From assembly GCF_009914755.1 (NCBI RefSeq), contig NC_060925.1: a stretch of DNA of 64,000 bases; one strand, 5' to 3'. Of the stretch, positions 1 to 16,979 are shown piece after piece (positions within the stretch are counted from its first letter, which is position 1; each line of letters begins with the position of its first letter). The notes under the pieces are model-generated. The model ran no database searches. It had not been told where the DNA came from and saw only the letters and a program-made list of their open reading frames with translations. Position numbers and translations under genes: made by a program. The stretch comes from the human T2T-CHM13v2.0 reference genome, Homo sapiens.

Positions 1-2320
1 ATGGCTCCAAAAGACACTCCTTTCTTCCACTTAAGGAGAAGGGAGGAAAGAGTGAGGAGGACTTTGTCTCGCTTCTTGGACACCAGCTCAGCCACGGCAG
101 GTTAGGGCACCAGTCAGTCAGGAGGCCCCTGTTTCAGACCCTAGCCCCCAGCCAACATTTCTAGACACACCCTGGTCCAGAAGGGAACCTGTTGCCTTAA
201 CGAAAAGGACCCTGTCCTGCCAGCATCCATTGACTGCTAAATAAAGAGCCCTTGGGCCCTGAATAACCAGCAGTGATACCCACGTACTACACTGAGGGCC
301 TTAGAGAGCCTCTGAGACTTGCTGGCTTGAGGTAAAACTCAGCATGTTACTAGCTGTGGTGGCTATGGGGCAAAACTCATTCTGCTTGAGAAAAGCAGAG
401 GGAAAAGTAAAGGGGACTTTTTCTTGCACCTTAGGTAAGAACACTGCCACAAAGGGTAAAGCACCAAGTGGAATCTTGGGGGTCCTTGATTCCAGAACTG
501 GACTTTTGGATGGCATTTCTGGACCTGCCCTGGGCCAGAGGGGAGCCCACTACCCTGAAGGGTGAGTCCCAGGCTAGACAACATTCACCACAAGCTAACT
601 TAAGAGATCTTAGGCCTTAAAGGAATATTGATGGTAGTCTGGCAGTACTCCTCATGGCCATGGGCGGTGGGGGCTATGGGGGTGAGATTCTTCTGCCTTT
701 GGAAAAAGAAAGGAAGAGTGGGAAGAACTATGTCTTGTGGTTTCCGTGCCAGCTCAGCTGCAATATAATAGAATACCAGATAGTCTCCTAAGGTTTTTGA
801 CTCTAGTCCCTGACTCCTGGATGGCACTTCTGGACCCACCTGGGGCTTGAGGGACCTTGCCACCCTAAAGCAAAGGACACAGGCCTGGCTGTCTTTGCTG
901 CCTGGTGATTATAGAGCCCCAGGGCCTTGAGTGAACATAGGCAGTAGCCAGGGACTGGCTACAGCAGGCCTTGGGCAAGCCCCAGCACTATCCTGGCTTC
1001 AAGTCTGTGCAGTCATAGTGATGGTGGCCACAGGAGTGCTTGTGTCACTACACCCCCAGCTGTAGGTGGCTCAGAAAAGAGAAAGAGACTCTGTATGTTT
1101 GGGAGAAAGTAAGGGAAGAGAATAAGAATCTCTGCCTGGTAATACAGAGAATTCTGGTAATCTTACCCAAGACCATCAAGGCAATACCATAGCAACAGTC
1201 TGCAAGAACGGCAGCATTATTGGGCTTAGGGTGACCCCTAAAGCAGAAACAGCTTAAATCACAACACCCAAGTCCTTTCAAATATCTGGAAAGCCTTCTC
1301 AAGGATGGCTGCAAATAAGCCAAGACAGTGAAGATTACAATACATACATTACTCTTTGATTCCCAGACACTGAAGAATATCTACTAGCATCAACCATCAA
1401 CATTGTCCAGGAAAACATGACCTTACCAAATTAACTAAATAAGGCACTAGGGACCAATCCTGAAAAAACAGAGATATGTGACCTTTCAGAAAGGGAATTC
1501 AAAATAGATGTGTTGAGGAAACTCAAGGAAATTCAAGATAATACAGGGAAGGAATTCAGAATTCAATCAGATATATTTAACAAAGAGATTGAAATAATTT
1601 TAAGAAATCAAGCAGAAATTCCAGTGCTGAAAAATGCAATTGGTATACTGAGGAATGCATAAGAGTCCTTCAATAGCAGAATGGATCAAGAAGAAGAGAG
1701 AATTAGTGAGCTTGAAGAAAAGCTATTTGAAAATATACTGTCAGAGGAGACAAAAGAAAAAAGAATAAAAAACAATAAAGTATGCCTACAGAATCTAGAA
1801 AATAGTCTCAAAAAGGCTATTTTAGAGAATTATTATTGAGAAATGGTAAGAATTACTGGCCTTAAAGAGGAGGTAAAGAAAGAGGTAGGGGTAGAATGTT
1901 TATTCAAAAGGATTATAACAGAGAACTTCCCAAACCTAGAGAAAGATATCAATAGCAAGTGCAAGAGGGTCATAGAGCATGAAGCAGATTTAACCCAAAG
2001 ACTACCTCAAGGCATTTAATAATCAAACTTCCAAAGATCAGTAATAAAGAAAAGATACTAAAAGCAGTCAGAGAAAAAAAACAAATAACATACAATTAAG
2101 CTTCACTACATCTGGCAGTGGACTTCTCAGTGGAAACATTACAGGCCAGGAGAGAATAACATGACATATTTTAAATGTTGAAGAAAAAAAAAACTGTTAA
2201 GTCTAGAATAGTATATCCAGCAAAAATATCCTTGAAATATGAAGGTAAAATGAAGACTTTTCCAGACAAGCCAAAGCTGAGAGGTTTTATTAATACCAGG
2301 TCTGTCCTGTAAGAAATTCT

Positions 2321-2777
<457 letters not shown>

Positions 2778-3194
2778 CTAATCTTATACTAAATAGAAGG
2801 ACTAAATGATGAACCAATAAAAAGTAATAACTACAACAACTTTTCAAGACATAATCAGTACAATAAGATATAAATAGAAACAATGAAAAGTTAAAAAGTG
2901 GGAGGACAAAGTTAAGGCAAGTTTTTGTTAGTTTTCTTTTTGCTTGTTTGTTTGTTTATGCAAATAGTGTTAAGTTGTTATCAAGTTAAAATAATGGATT
3001 ATAAGATAGCATTTGTAAGCCTCATGTAACCTCAAACCAAAAAATATGCAATAGATACACAAAAAATAAAAAAGGAAGAAACTAAATTGTATCAACAGAA
3101 AAAATCATCTTTACTAAAGAAAGATAGTAATGAAAGAAAGAAGGAAGAGAAGATCACAAGACAACCTGGAAACAACAAAATGGCAAGAGTAAGT

Positions 3195-3239
3195 GTGCAC
3201 ATGTACCCTAAAACTTAAAGTATAATAATAATTAAAAAA
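3195..3239 (+). mobile_element. 45-bp extremely 5'-truncated L1PA insertion
   Basis: gtgcacatgtaccctaaaacttaaagtataat plus A-tail, the same terminus as the other L1PA ends in this window, flanked by a perfect 10-bp TSD aagagtaagt (3185-3194 and 3240-3249). Confidence 0.9.
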
Positions 3240-6200
3240 AAGAGTAAGTTCTTACTTATCAACAATAACATTGAATGCGAATGGACTAAACTCTCCAGTG
3301 AAAATACATTGACTGACTGAACGGATGAAAAAACAAGATCCATTGATCTTTGCCTACAAAAAACACTTCACCTATAGACACACATAGAATGAAAATAAAG
3401 GGATGAAAAAAGATATTCCATCCCAATGGAAAACTAAAAAGAGCAGGAGTCACTATAGTTATATAAGACAAAATAAATTTCAAGATGAAAACTATAAGAA
3501 AAGACAAAGAGTGTCACTATATAATGATAAAGTGGTCACTTCAGCAAGGGGATATAACAATTTTCAATATAAATATTTTATAAAATTTAAATATATATTT
3601 ATTACATAAAATTTAAATATAAAGTACCCAATATATAAAAGATATATAAAGAAAATACTATTAGAGCTAAAGAAAAACATAGGCCCCAATACAATAAGAG
3701 CTGGAGACTTCAGTACCCCACTTGCAGCATTGGACAGATCTTCCAGACAGAAAATCCATAAAGAAACCTCAGACTTATTCTGCACTATAGACCAAATAGA
3801 CCTAATAGATATTTACAGAACATTTCATACAAGAGCTGCAGAATACACATCCTTTTCCTCAGCACATGGATCATTCTGAAGGATAGACTATATATTAGGT
3901 GACAAAACAAGTCTTAAAACATTCAAAAAATTTAAATAATATCAAGCATCTTCTCTGGCCAAAAGGGGATGAAACTAGAAATGAATAATCAGAAATTTTG
4001 GAAAATATACAAATACATAAAAGTTAAACAATATGTTCCTGAATGACCAGTGGGTCAATGAAATATTGAAAACTTCTTGAAACAAAGAATAATGGAACCA
4101 CAACATACCAAAACCTATGGGATATAGCAAAAGCAGTACTAAGAGGGAATTTTTCAGCTATAAGTGCCTGCACCAAAAAAAAAAGAGAAAAAACTTCAAA
4201 AAACAATCTAACAATGCATCTTATAGAACTAGAATAGCAAGAGCAAACCAAACCCCAAAGTAGTAGAAGATAAATAATAAAGATTAGAGCAGAAATAAAT
4301 AAGATTAAAATTTGCAAAACACAAAAGATCAATGTAATAAAAGTTGGGTTTTTGAAAAGTTAAACAAAATTGACAAACCGTTAGCCAGACTAACAAAGAA
4401 AAAAATAGAGAAGCTCTAAATAAATAAAATCAGAAATGAAGAAGGTGGCATTGCAACTGATACTGCAGAAATTCAAAGGATGATTAGTGGCTACTATGAG
4501 CAAGTATATGCCAATAAATTGGAAAACCTAGAAGAAATGAACAAATACTTAGGTAGATACAACCTACCAAGATTGAACCAAGAAGAAATAAAAAACCTGA
4601 GCAGATAAATAACAAGTAATGAGATTGAAGCCATAACAAAAAGTTTCCAGGAAAGAAAACCCAGGACCTGATGGCTTCACTGCTGAATTCTACCAAACAT
4701 TTAAAAAACTAATACCAATCATACTCAAATTATTCCAAAACATAGAAGAGGAAGGAATACGTCAAACTCATTCTACAAGGCCAGCATTATCCTGATACCA
4801 AAACCAGACAAAGACACATCAAAAAAAGAAAACTACAAGCCAATATTTTTTATGAATATTGATGCATAAATCCTCAACAAAATACTAGCAAACAGAATCC
4901 AACAATACATTGGAAAGATCATTTATCATGACCAAGTGGGATTTAATCCTGGGATGCAGGAATGGTTCAACATTTGCAAATCAATCAATGTGATACATTA
5001 CATCAAAAGAATATAGGACAAAACCATATGATCATTTTAACTGATGCTTAAAAAAGCATTTGATAAAATCCAACATCCCTTCATGATAAAACCCCTAAAA
5101 ATCAGGGGATAGAAGGACCATACCAAAATGAAATACAAGCCATATATGACAGACCTACAGCTAGTACCATACTGAATGATACTAGCTGAATGGGGAAAAA
5201 CTGAAAGCCTTTCCTGTAAGATCTGCAACACAACAAGAATGCCCACTTTCATCACTGTTATTCAGTATAGTACTAGAAGTCCTAGCTAGAGCAATCAGAC
5301 AAGAGAAAGAAATAAAGGGCATCCAAATTGGAAAGGAAAAAGCCAAAGTATCCCTCTTTGCAGATGCTATGATCTTATATTTGGGGAAACCTAAAGACTT
5401 CACAAGACAACTATTAGAACTAATAAACAAATTCAGTAAACTTGCAGGATAAAAAATGAACACACAAAAATCAGTAGCATTTCTATATGCCAACAGTCAA
5501 AGATGTGAAAAACAAATTTTTTTAAAAAAATCCCATTTACAATAGCCACACATAAAATGAATTATCTAGGAATGAACTTAACCAAAGAAGTGAAAGATCT
5601 CTATAATGAAAACTATAAAACACTCATGAAAGTAATTGAAGAGGACACCAAAAAAAGGAAAAAGATTCCATGTTTATGGGTGGAAGAATCAATATTGTTA
5701 AACTATTTATAGTACCCAAAGCTGTCTACAGATTCAATGCAATCCCTATAAAAATACCAATGATATTCTCCACAGAAATAGAAAAACCAATCATAAAATT
5801 TATATGGAATCACAAAAGACTCAGAATAGCCAAAGCTAGCCTAAGCAAAAAGAACAAAACTGGAAGAATCACATTACCTGACTTCAAATTATACCACAGA
5901 GCTACAGTAACCAAAACAGCATACTAGTGTCATAAAAACAAACACATAGACGAATTGAACAGAATAGAGAACCCACAAACAAATCCACACACCTACAATG
6001 AACTCATTTTAAACAAAGGTACCTAGAACACAAACTAGGGGAAAAGACTCTCTTCGATAAATGGTGCTGGGAAAACTGGGTATACATATGCACAAGGATT
6101 AAACTAGACCCCTATCTCTCACCATGCACAAAAATCAAATCAAAATGGATTAAAGACTTAAATCTAGGGCCTCAAACCATGAAACTGCTACAAGAAAACA

Positions 6201-7459
6201 TTGGGGAAAATCTCTAGGACATTATTAACCTGGGCAAAAATTTCTTGAGCAATAACCCACAAACACAGGCAACCAAATCAAAAGTGGACAAATGGGATCA
6301 CATCAAGTTAAAAAGCTTCTTCATAGTAAAGTATACATTCGACAAAGTGAAGAGACAACCCACAGAATGGAAGACAATATTCTCAAACGATCCACGTGAC
6401 AAGGGATTAATAAACCAAATGTGTAAGGAGCACAAACAACTCTATATGAAAACAATCTAATAATCTGATCAAAAATAGGCAAAAGATTTGAATAGACATT
6501 TCTCAAAAGAAGACATACAAATAGCATGCAGGCATATGAAAATGTGCTCAACGTCATTGATCATCAGAGAAATGCAAATCAAAACTACAGTGAGATATCA
6601 TCTCACCCCAGTTAAATGGTTTATATCCAAAAGACAAGACAATAGCAAATGCTGGCATGGATGTGGAGAAAAGGGAACACTTGCACACAGCTGGTGTGAA
6701 TGTAAATTAGCACAACCATTATGGAGAACTTTTTGGAGGTTCCTCAAAAAACTAATAATTAATCTACCATATGATCCAGCAATCCAACTGCTGGATATAT
6801 ACACAAAAGAAAGGAAATCAGTATACTGAAGAGATTGTACTCCTATGTTTGTGGCAGCACTGTTTGCAATAGCTAAGATTTGGAAGCAACCTAAGTGTCC
6901 ATCGATAGATGAATGGATAAAGAAAATGTGGTACATATACACAATGTAGTAATGTTCAGCCATAAAAAAAGAATGCAATCCAGTCGTTTGCAACAACATG
7001 AATGGAACTGGAGATCATTACATTAAATGAAATAAGCCAGGCACAGGAAGACAAACATTGCATGTTCTCACTTACTTGTGGGATCTAAAAATCAAAACAA
7101 TTGAACTCATGGGCATAGAGAGCAACCAGAGGCTGAAAAGTATAGCTGGCGGCTTGAGGGGGAGGTGGGGATTGTAAATGGGTATCAAAAAATATAGAAA
7201 AAATAAATAAGGCCTACTATTTGATAGCACAACAGGATGACTATAGTCAAAAATAACTGTACCTTTTGAAATAACTTGAACAGTCTCTTGAAAAGGCCTG
7301 AGTTGGAGAAACTGGAGGTGTTTCAGCCAGCAATAGAATTTAATGTCTTCCACCTTTTAGACAATCCAGGAATGAATATAGACTCCGGGAAAGGAACTAG
7401 GCACCTATTGTTTCCAGTATCCTTTTTCACACCCATCATCAGAATTGCAGCATAGGATT

Positions 7460-7595
7460 CTGCAGGTTGTGCAGTGCGCGACAGTGCCACATTTGTAAAT
7501 GATACAGGAGTATCATTTACAGCTCAAACATCATAGGTTTGTGATAATTTATTACGAGAGGGCAGTAAAATTATTATGGCAGTTTTCAACAGAAA
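7460..7595. mobile_element. Possible hAT-Tip100 (MER91/Zaphod-like) DNA transposon relic with internal hairpin
   Basis: caggttgtgcagtgc motif resembles MER91-type termini (from memory). A perfect 12-bp inverted repeat lies at 7494-7521. Confidence 0.35.
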
Positions 7596-7759
7596 TGTCT
7601 AGAGAAGATGCTTTTTTCCCCTAAAATGGGTAGACACGCTTCATAGAACAGTGACAGCCTTGCCTGTACTATCCAATGAAGACCATGATTTTTCTCAAGA
7701 GGTGTCGGCTTCATGTTACTCCATTCATTACAAAGAGCAAGTGACAATGATAAGAGAAC

Positions 7760-7965
7760 TAGATCCAAATCCTATCACTACAACTGTCTAGTTTCGTGTG
7801 CCTGGGCAGATAAATTCTATCTATATGTGCTTTAGTATTTTCAGGTCTAAGATAGGGATGATAACATAATTGTTTCCCAGCCTACTCTATAGGGTTCATT
7901 AAGGATCAGGTGAAATCCTATATGTGAAACTTCCTTATAAACTATAAAGCGATGTACAAACATAT
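7760..7965 (+). mobile_element. Degenerate MIR
   Basis: MIR-like core (ctgggcagataaatt...taagatagggatgataac...atatgtgaaac). Confidence 0.5.
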
Positions 7966-8469
7966 AGAACTTTGTTTTCAGTGTGATAAACGGTAATTCC
8001 CCGTTTTTATACCCCATGATAATGGTGGTGCAAGACATGAGGTAGCACTATCGAGGAGAAACTGCATATACTCATGGCTCACCATGGGCTCCATAGGGTG
8101 AGGGTGATGCCTACACCAGTGAAAGAGGAACCAGTAAACTTATACCAAAGTTTGTGAACAAATAAAGACATGAGGAAAAAAGGTGGATCTAAGGGGGAAA
8201 TTGTATAAGGAACAACTAAATTAACACTTTCCATTTTCACCTCTGAAGGTTCCCTAGCCTCAAAATAGAATAACACATCTGAAGCTTTTTACAAGGCATC
8301 CAACATGAATCTTCCATTTTTGTGTTATTCGGCAGGACCTGTGATGACATTCCAGGAGCAGGCCCCATAGGAGGCTCCCTGGACTGTGGAGAATCACAAT
8401 ATTCCTGACTGCCAAAACTTTGGAGAAGTAAGCACATGAAGGGAGGCCATCACAATCTTGATACACTGG

Positions 8470-9398
8470 GGGTTGAAGAGTTTCCTCTTCATGGCTCTGC
8501 ACAGAGCATCTTTGAGCTCCTTGTTCCTCAAGATCTACATGACAGAGTTCAGCAGGGGAGTGATAATGGTGTAGGTCACTGAGATGAGTCTGTTCTGCCC
8601 CAGGAAACTCTGGGACTTAAGCTTCAGGTAGATGATGGAAATATAGCCATAGTGGCTGATGACCACTATGAGATGGGAGGTGCAGGTGGCACAGGCCTTC
8701 TTCCTACCCTCAGTTGAAGCAATCTTAAGGATGGTGTAGATGATGAGGTCATAGGAGATAAAGATCAGGGCAATATGTAGGACAAGGACACAGACACTGA
8801 CAACAAAGTTGATTATCTCATTGACAGTGGTGTCTGTGCAGGCCAGCTTCAGCAGGGGTCTCACATCACAGAAGAAGTGGGAGATGACAAAGTCATCACA
8901 AAAGGGCAGGCCAAACATAGATGTTACTTGGACAATAGCCATGCCCAGGCCAATCCTCAGTGACCCAGATCCCAGCCAGACACAAGCCCTCTTACCTATG
9001 AATACCGTAAGGGGTTGCAGAAGACCACATAGCAATCATATCCCATGGCTATGAGAAGAAAGCAGTTGTTGATGCCAAAAGTCACATAGAAGAGCTGAGT
9101 GACACAGCCTTGCATGACAATAAGCTAGTGAGGATTCAAGAGGCGAGAAAGCATATGGGGAGTAATGGCCACCATGTAGCAGGTCTCAGAGATAGACAGC
9201 AATGCTCAGGAAGAAGTACATGGGGGTGTGGAGGTGAATGTCCAGGCGAGTAATGGTCACAATAATCACATTGCCAGAGACAGTCAGCAGGTACAAAGTT
9301 AGAAAGACAACAAAGAAGACAAATCTGTGCTGTCACCTGAAGCTGGAGAAACCTTCAAAGAAGAGCTCAGTCACAGCAGTGGACTTTGACCTTGGCAC
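8470..9398 (-). pseudogene. OR10J9P: Olfactory receptor family 10J pseudogene (closest to OR10J3-like sequence)
   Basis: OR motifs [36 protein letters not shown] and LRNKELKDAL. Lesions: start ATG>GTG (9398-9396), W22>TGA (9335-9333), +1 frameshift near 9202, internal TAG near 9125, further frameshifts, DRY>DCY (9034-9032) and a stop at the NPxxY tyrosine (8537-8535). The symbol is inferred from strand and position relative to OR10J4/OR10J1. The 3' boundary is approximate. Confidence 0.9.
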
Positions 9399-10276
9399 TG
9401 AAGAATGTCTAAATCTGAAGGAAATGGACAACGGAAAGACAGAGGTGAGGCTCCAACTATGTAACAGATTACACAGTTGTCTGAGCAGCATCAGTTTTTT
9501 GGATTCCTTAGATAATGTTCCAGGCACAGGGGTTATCTTTGTTCCTCTACTGATCAAGAGCTCAGCACTCTTGGGAATAAACTAAGAGACATCTAATGAC
9601 CTACTGGATTAAGGGCAGAGATCAAAGGGAAGGAAATTTCAACATAATGTGAACAACAAAATTAAGAAAACAGCTACCCTACTTGACCATTAAAGAGGTG
9701 GGTCCAGGTCAGAGAGGAAGAAAATGTTGAATGGGCCAGGCACTTCAGCTTCCTCTATGCTTACCCTTAATCTGAGCCTTTGATGACACAATGAGGAGGC
9801 AGAGATAGTGAATGTTGATAAATATCTGGGTTTAATCCATTCATTTCCATCAGTATGAATTGCCAGCAAAGACTGCCCTGGGAGGATCCCAGATCAAGCA
9901 TTCTTCCCAAATATTTGGAGTCCTGGGCATTACTTTCCTTAGCTCTGCTCCTTTAGATGACTAGTGCAAGGCCAGGCTGTGGGCGAGCCACCCAAACTAC
10001 AATAGTGGCCATGTTTTCGGAAATAGAGGTCAATGTTTTGGTCTTTTTTTCCAGTTGTTACCATAACAAACATTTCTGCAATAGAAAACTTTGTCAGGAT
10101 GTCATTTCACACATAAGTGAATAACAGGTAGTGAAAAAATGCAGAGTCAAAAGTTATGAGCATCTTCAACTTTGATAGAGTGCCATGTTTTTCTCTATAA
10201 AATTTTTACCAAGTGATCTCTCACAAAGAATGTATCAAAATGCAATTTTCCATTGTTATGGCTCAAAGAAGAAATA

Positions 10277-10515
10277 GAGTGTAATGGGAAGCAGTATGTA
10301 CTCTGAAGCCACACTGCCCAGAATTTAATTTTGGTTCCACCAGGTCATAACTATGTAACTGTGGGCAAGTTATTTAACTTGTCTGTGTCTCAATTGCTTT
10401 ATCTCTAAAATGAGCTTAATGATAGCAACTTCTTTACAGAGTCATTGTGAGGATTAAATCCATTAATATCTCAAAGTGCTTAGAAAAGTCTCTGGCACCT
10501 AGTGAATGCTATATG
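10277..10515 (+). mobile_element. MIR
   Basis: gggcaagttatttaacttgtctgtgtctcaattgctttatctctaaaatgag...aaagtgcttagaa. Confidence 0.75.
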
Positions 10516-10784
10516 GTACTCTAAGTGTACATAAAATCTGAAACATTCCATCAGCAGAGATATTAAAGGAGATGTGTTTAACCAGGAAGAATTCCAATGA
10601 TGATTTTAGAAAGAATTGGAAGCTAAAGACAAAGGACAGTAATTACAGAAACTGTGCATGAATACAATCAATTTTATAACTTATTCAATGTGGTTATGTA
10701 GTTAATTCTTATATTTCTCTATGAAATCAGTGATAAAATTCACAACTGATCTTAAAGGGAGAAGAATCCCAAAGAAGAGCATTA

Positions 10785-11160
10785 CTTAATTTATTTATTC
10801 ATCAAATATTTCTTATTCCCATACTATGTGTCAAGGTCTATGAATTCAATAGCTAGTACATTTTAGTTTCTTGTTAATTATTTACTGAGTGAATAAAGCA
10901 TGGGAAAGAGTCCCTGATGTTAAATAACTCACAACATCAATAGAAAAGAAAGGTAAATGGGAGTAACAATGTAGAGAGTAAGGGGTGCTATGATAGAGCT
11001 TAGTGTAGGATGATATGGAAACATGAAGAAGGGTTCCTAACTCAGTCTTAGGGTCAAAGAATACTATAAAGGAGGTATTGTCCAAGATAGTAAAGGAAAA
11101 GTGAATAAGGCTTATGTTGCAGGCAGCATCAAGTATGAGGGCCCAGCATTTCTAAGATCC
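10785..11160 (-). mobile_element. L2 fragment
   Basis: atttatttattcatcaaatatttcttattcccatactatgtgtcaagg is a typical L2 3' end in reverse orientation. Confidence 0.5.
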
Positions 11161-11221
11161 AGATGAAGCAGCATGAGAATCTCTGTAGCTCAGTGGTTAC
11201 ATATGGAGGACCCAGAAACAG

Positions 11222-11659
11222 AATAGCAAAGACTTGGAACCAACCCAAATGTCCAACAATGATAGACTGGATTAAGAAAATGTGGCACATATACACCATG
11301 GAATACTATGCAACCATAAAAAATGATGAGTTCATGTCCTTTGTAGGGACATGGATGCAATGGGAAATCATCATTCTCAGTAAACTATCGCAAGAACAAA
11401 AAACCAAACACCGCATATTCTCACTCATAGGTGGGAATTGAACAATGAGAACACATGGACACAGGAAGGGGAACATCACACTCTGGGGACTGTTGGGGGA
11501 TGGGGGGAGGGGGGAGGGATAGCATTGGGAGATATACCTAATGCTAGATGACGAGTTGGTGGGTGCAGCGCACCAGCATGGCACATGTATACATATGTAA
11601 CTAACCTGCACATTGTGCACCTGTACCCTAAAACTTAAAGTATAATAATAAAAAAAAAA
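11222..11659 (+). mobile_element. 5'-truncated L1PA (~440 bp) inserted into a MIR
   Basis: ORF2 C-terminus ([12 protein letters not shown]...FSLIGGN), 3'UTR and poly(A). MIR sequence lies on both sides (~11185-11221 and 11660-11830). Only a ~4-bp TSD (agaa) is visible. Confidence 0.95.
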
Positions 11660-12713
11660 GAAGGCCTGGTGATAAATTCTCATTCCACCTGGGCAAAGTC
11701 TGAACCTGTCTGTAACACAAGTTCCTCATCTATAAAATGGGTAATGTTAGTACTTAACTCATAAGAATATTGTGAGGCTCAAATGAGTCAATACATAAAT
11801 CATTGAGCAAGGTGACTGACAAATAGTAACATCCCGAAAAATTTTGGCCATAATTATTATTATCATGATTAGAGAAGATTATTATGTCATGTTTAGGGAA
11901 TAAAAGAGTGGTTCTGAATGGATCTAGGACTTTGTGCTTCATAGCAACATTAAAGAGGCTGAGTCCTTGGGAACTGCTATAAGGAAGAAAGAGAAACCAA
12001 GCTATGACCCTGGGATTGAAAAGCACCATGGTGTGTGGGATTTTCCAAAACACAAATGATGAATTTGATATGTCCGTCATGTACTTCCTAGTATTGTGTG
12101 AGCTGAATGAGCCTATATTGCTCTGTGCACTCCATTCGTAACTGTATTTAAATGAATCACATCCCTTCTCTGCTTCTTTTACTGTAGACTTCAGAGTCTC
12201 TTCTTATCAGATAACTTGCACACTGGAGATCTTGAGACTCTCACCAGGGCATTTCCGCAGCTATTCTCTGAATCTTCTGCAGTAGTGTGAATGAGAAATT
12301 TACCTGCGCTGCATGAAGCTGACCAAGGATTTGCATAAGGATTCTTTTCTTTTGACTGCTCACCGATTAAACCCATCTCCGCTTTGTTTTTAACTTTTTA
12401 GGCCTGTATACTTAGGAATAGCCTATTGTGGCATCAAATTCCACTTTCTTTTTAATTAGTAAGTCAGAACATTGTGCTTTAAGCATACTCCGTACTCTCT
12501 TTTTCTAATACATTATTTTGCAATTTCTCACTGAGACTTACCTGCCTCTTCCAACCAGCTGCAAAGAGATTTTGGTCATTCATTTCCATTGATTTTATAT
12601 CTTCACAAACTTTGAGGAGTCTACCTATACATTTCCATCAAGATAATTAACCACTTAACTTTACATGTATTATCTATCTCTAATCTATCCATAATGATAA
12701 AGTCTCTCCATTA

Positions 12714-16910
<4,197 letters not shown>

Positions 16911-16979
16911 AAAAATATATTGCTTGTTTTTATTAATCTTTCTTAAATGTATGTATAGTTCACACTTATTTAATGGGTT

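Noticed and set aside
8535-9035. 166-aa OR-like ORF as a functional truncated receptor
   Set aside because: It is a fragment of a pseudogene that has lost its start codon and carries several stops and frameshifts.
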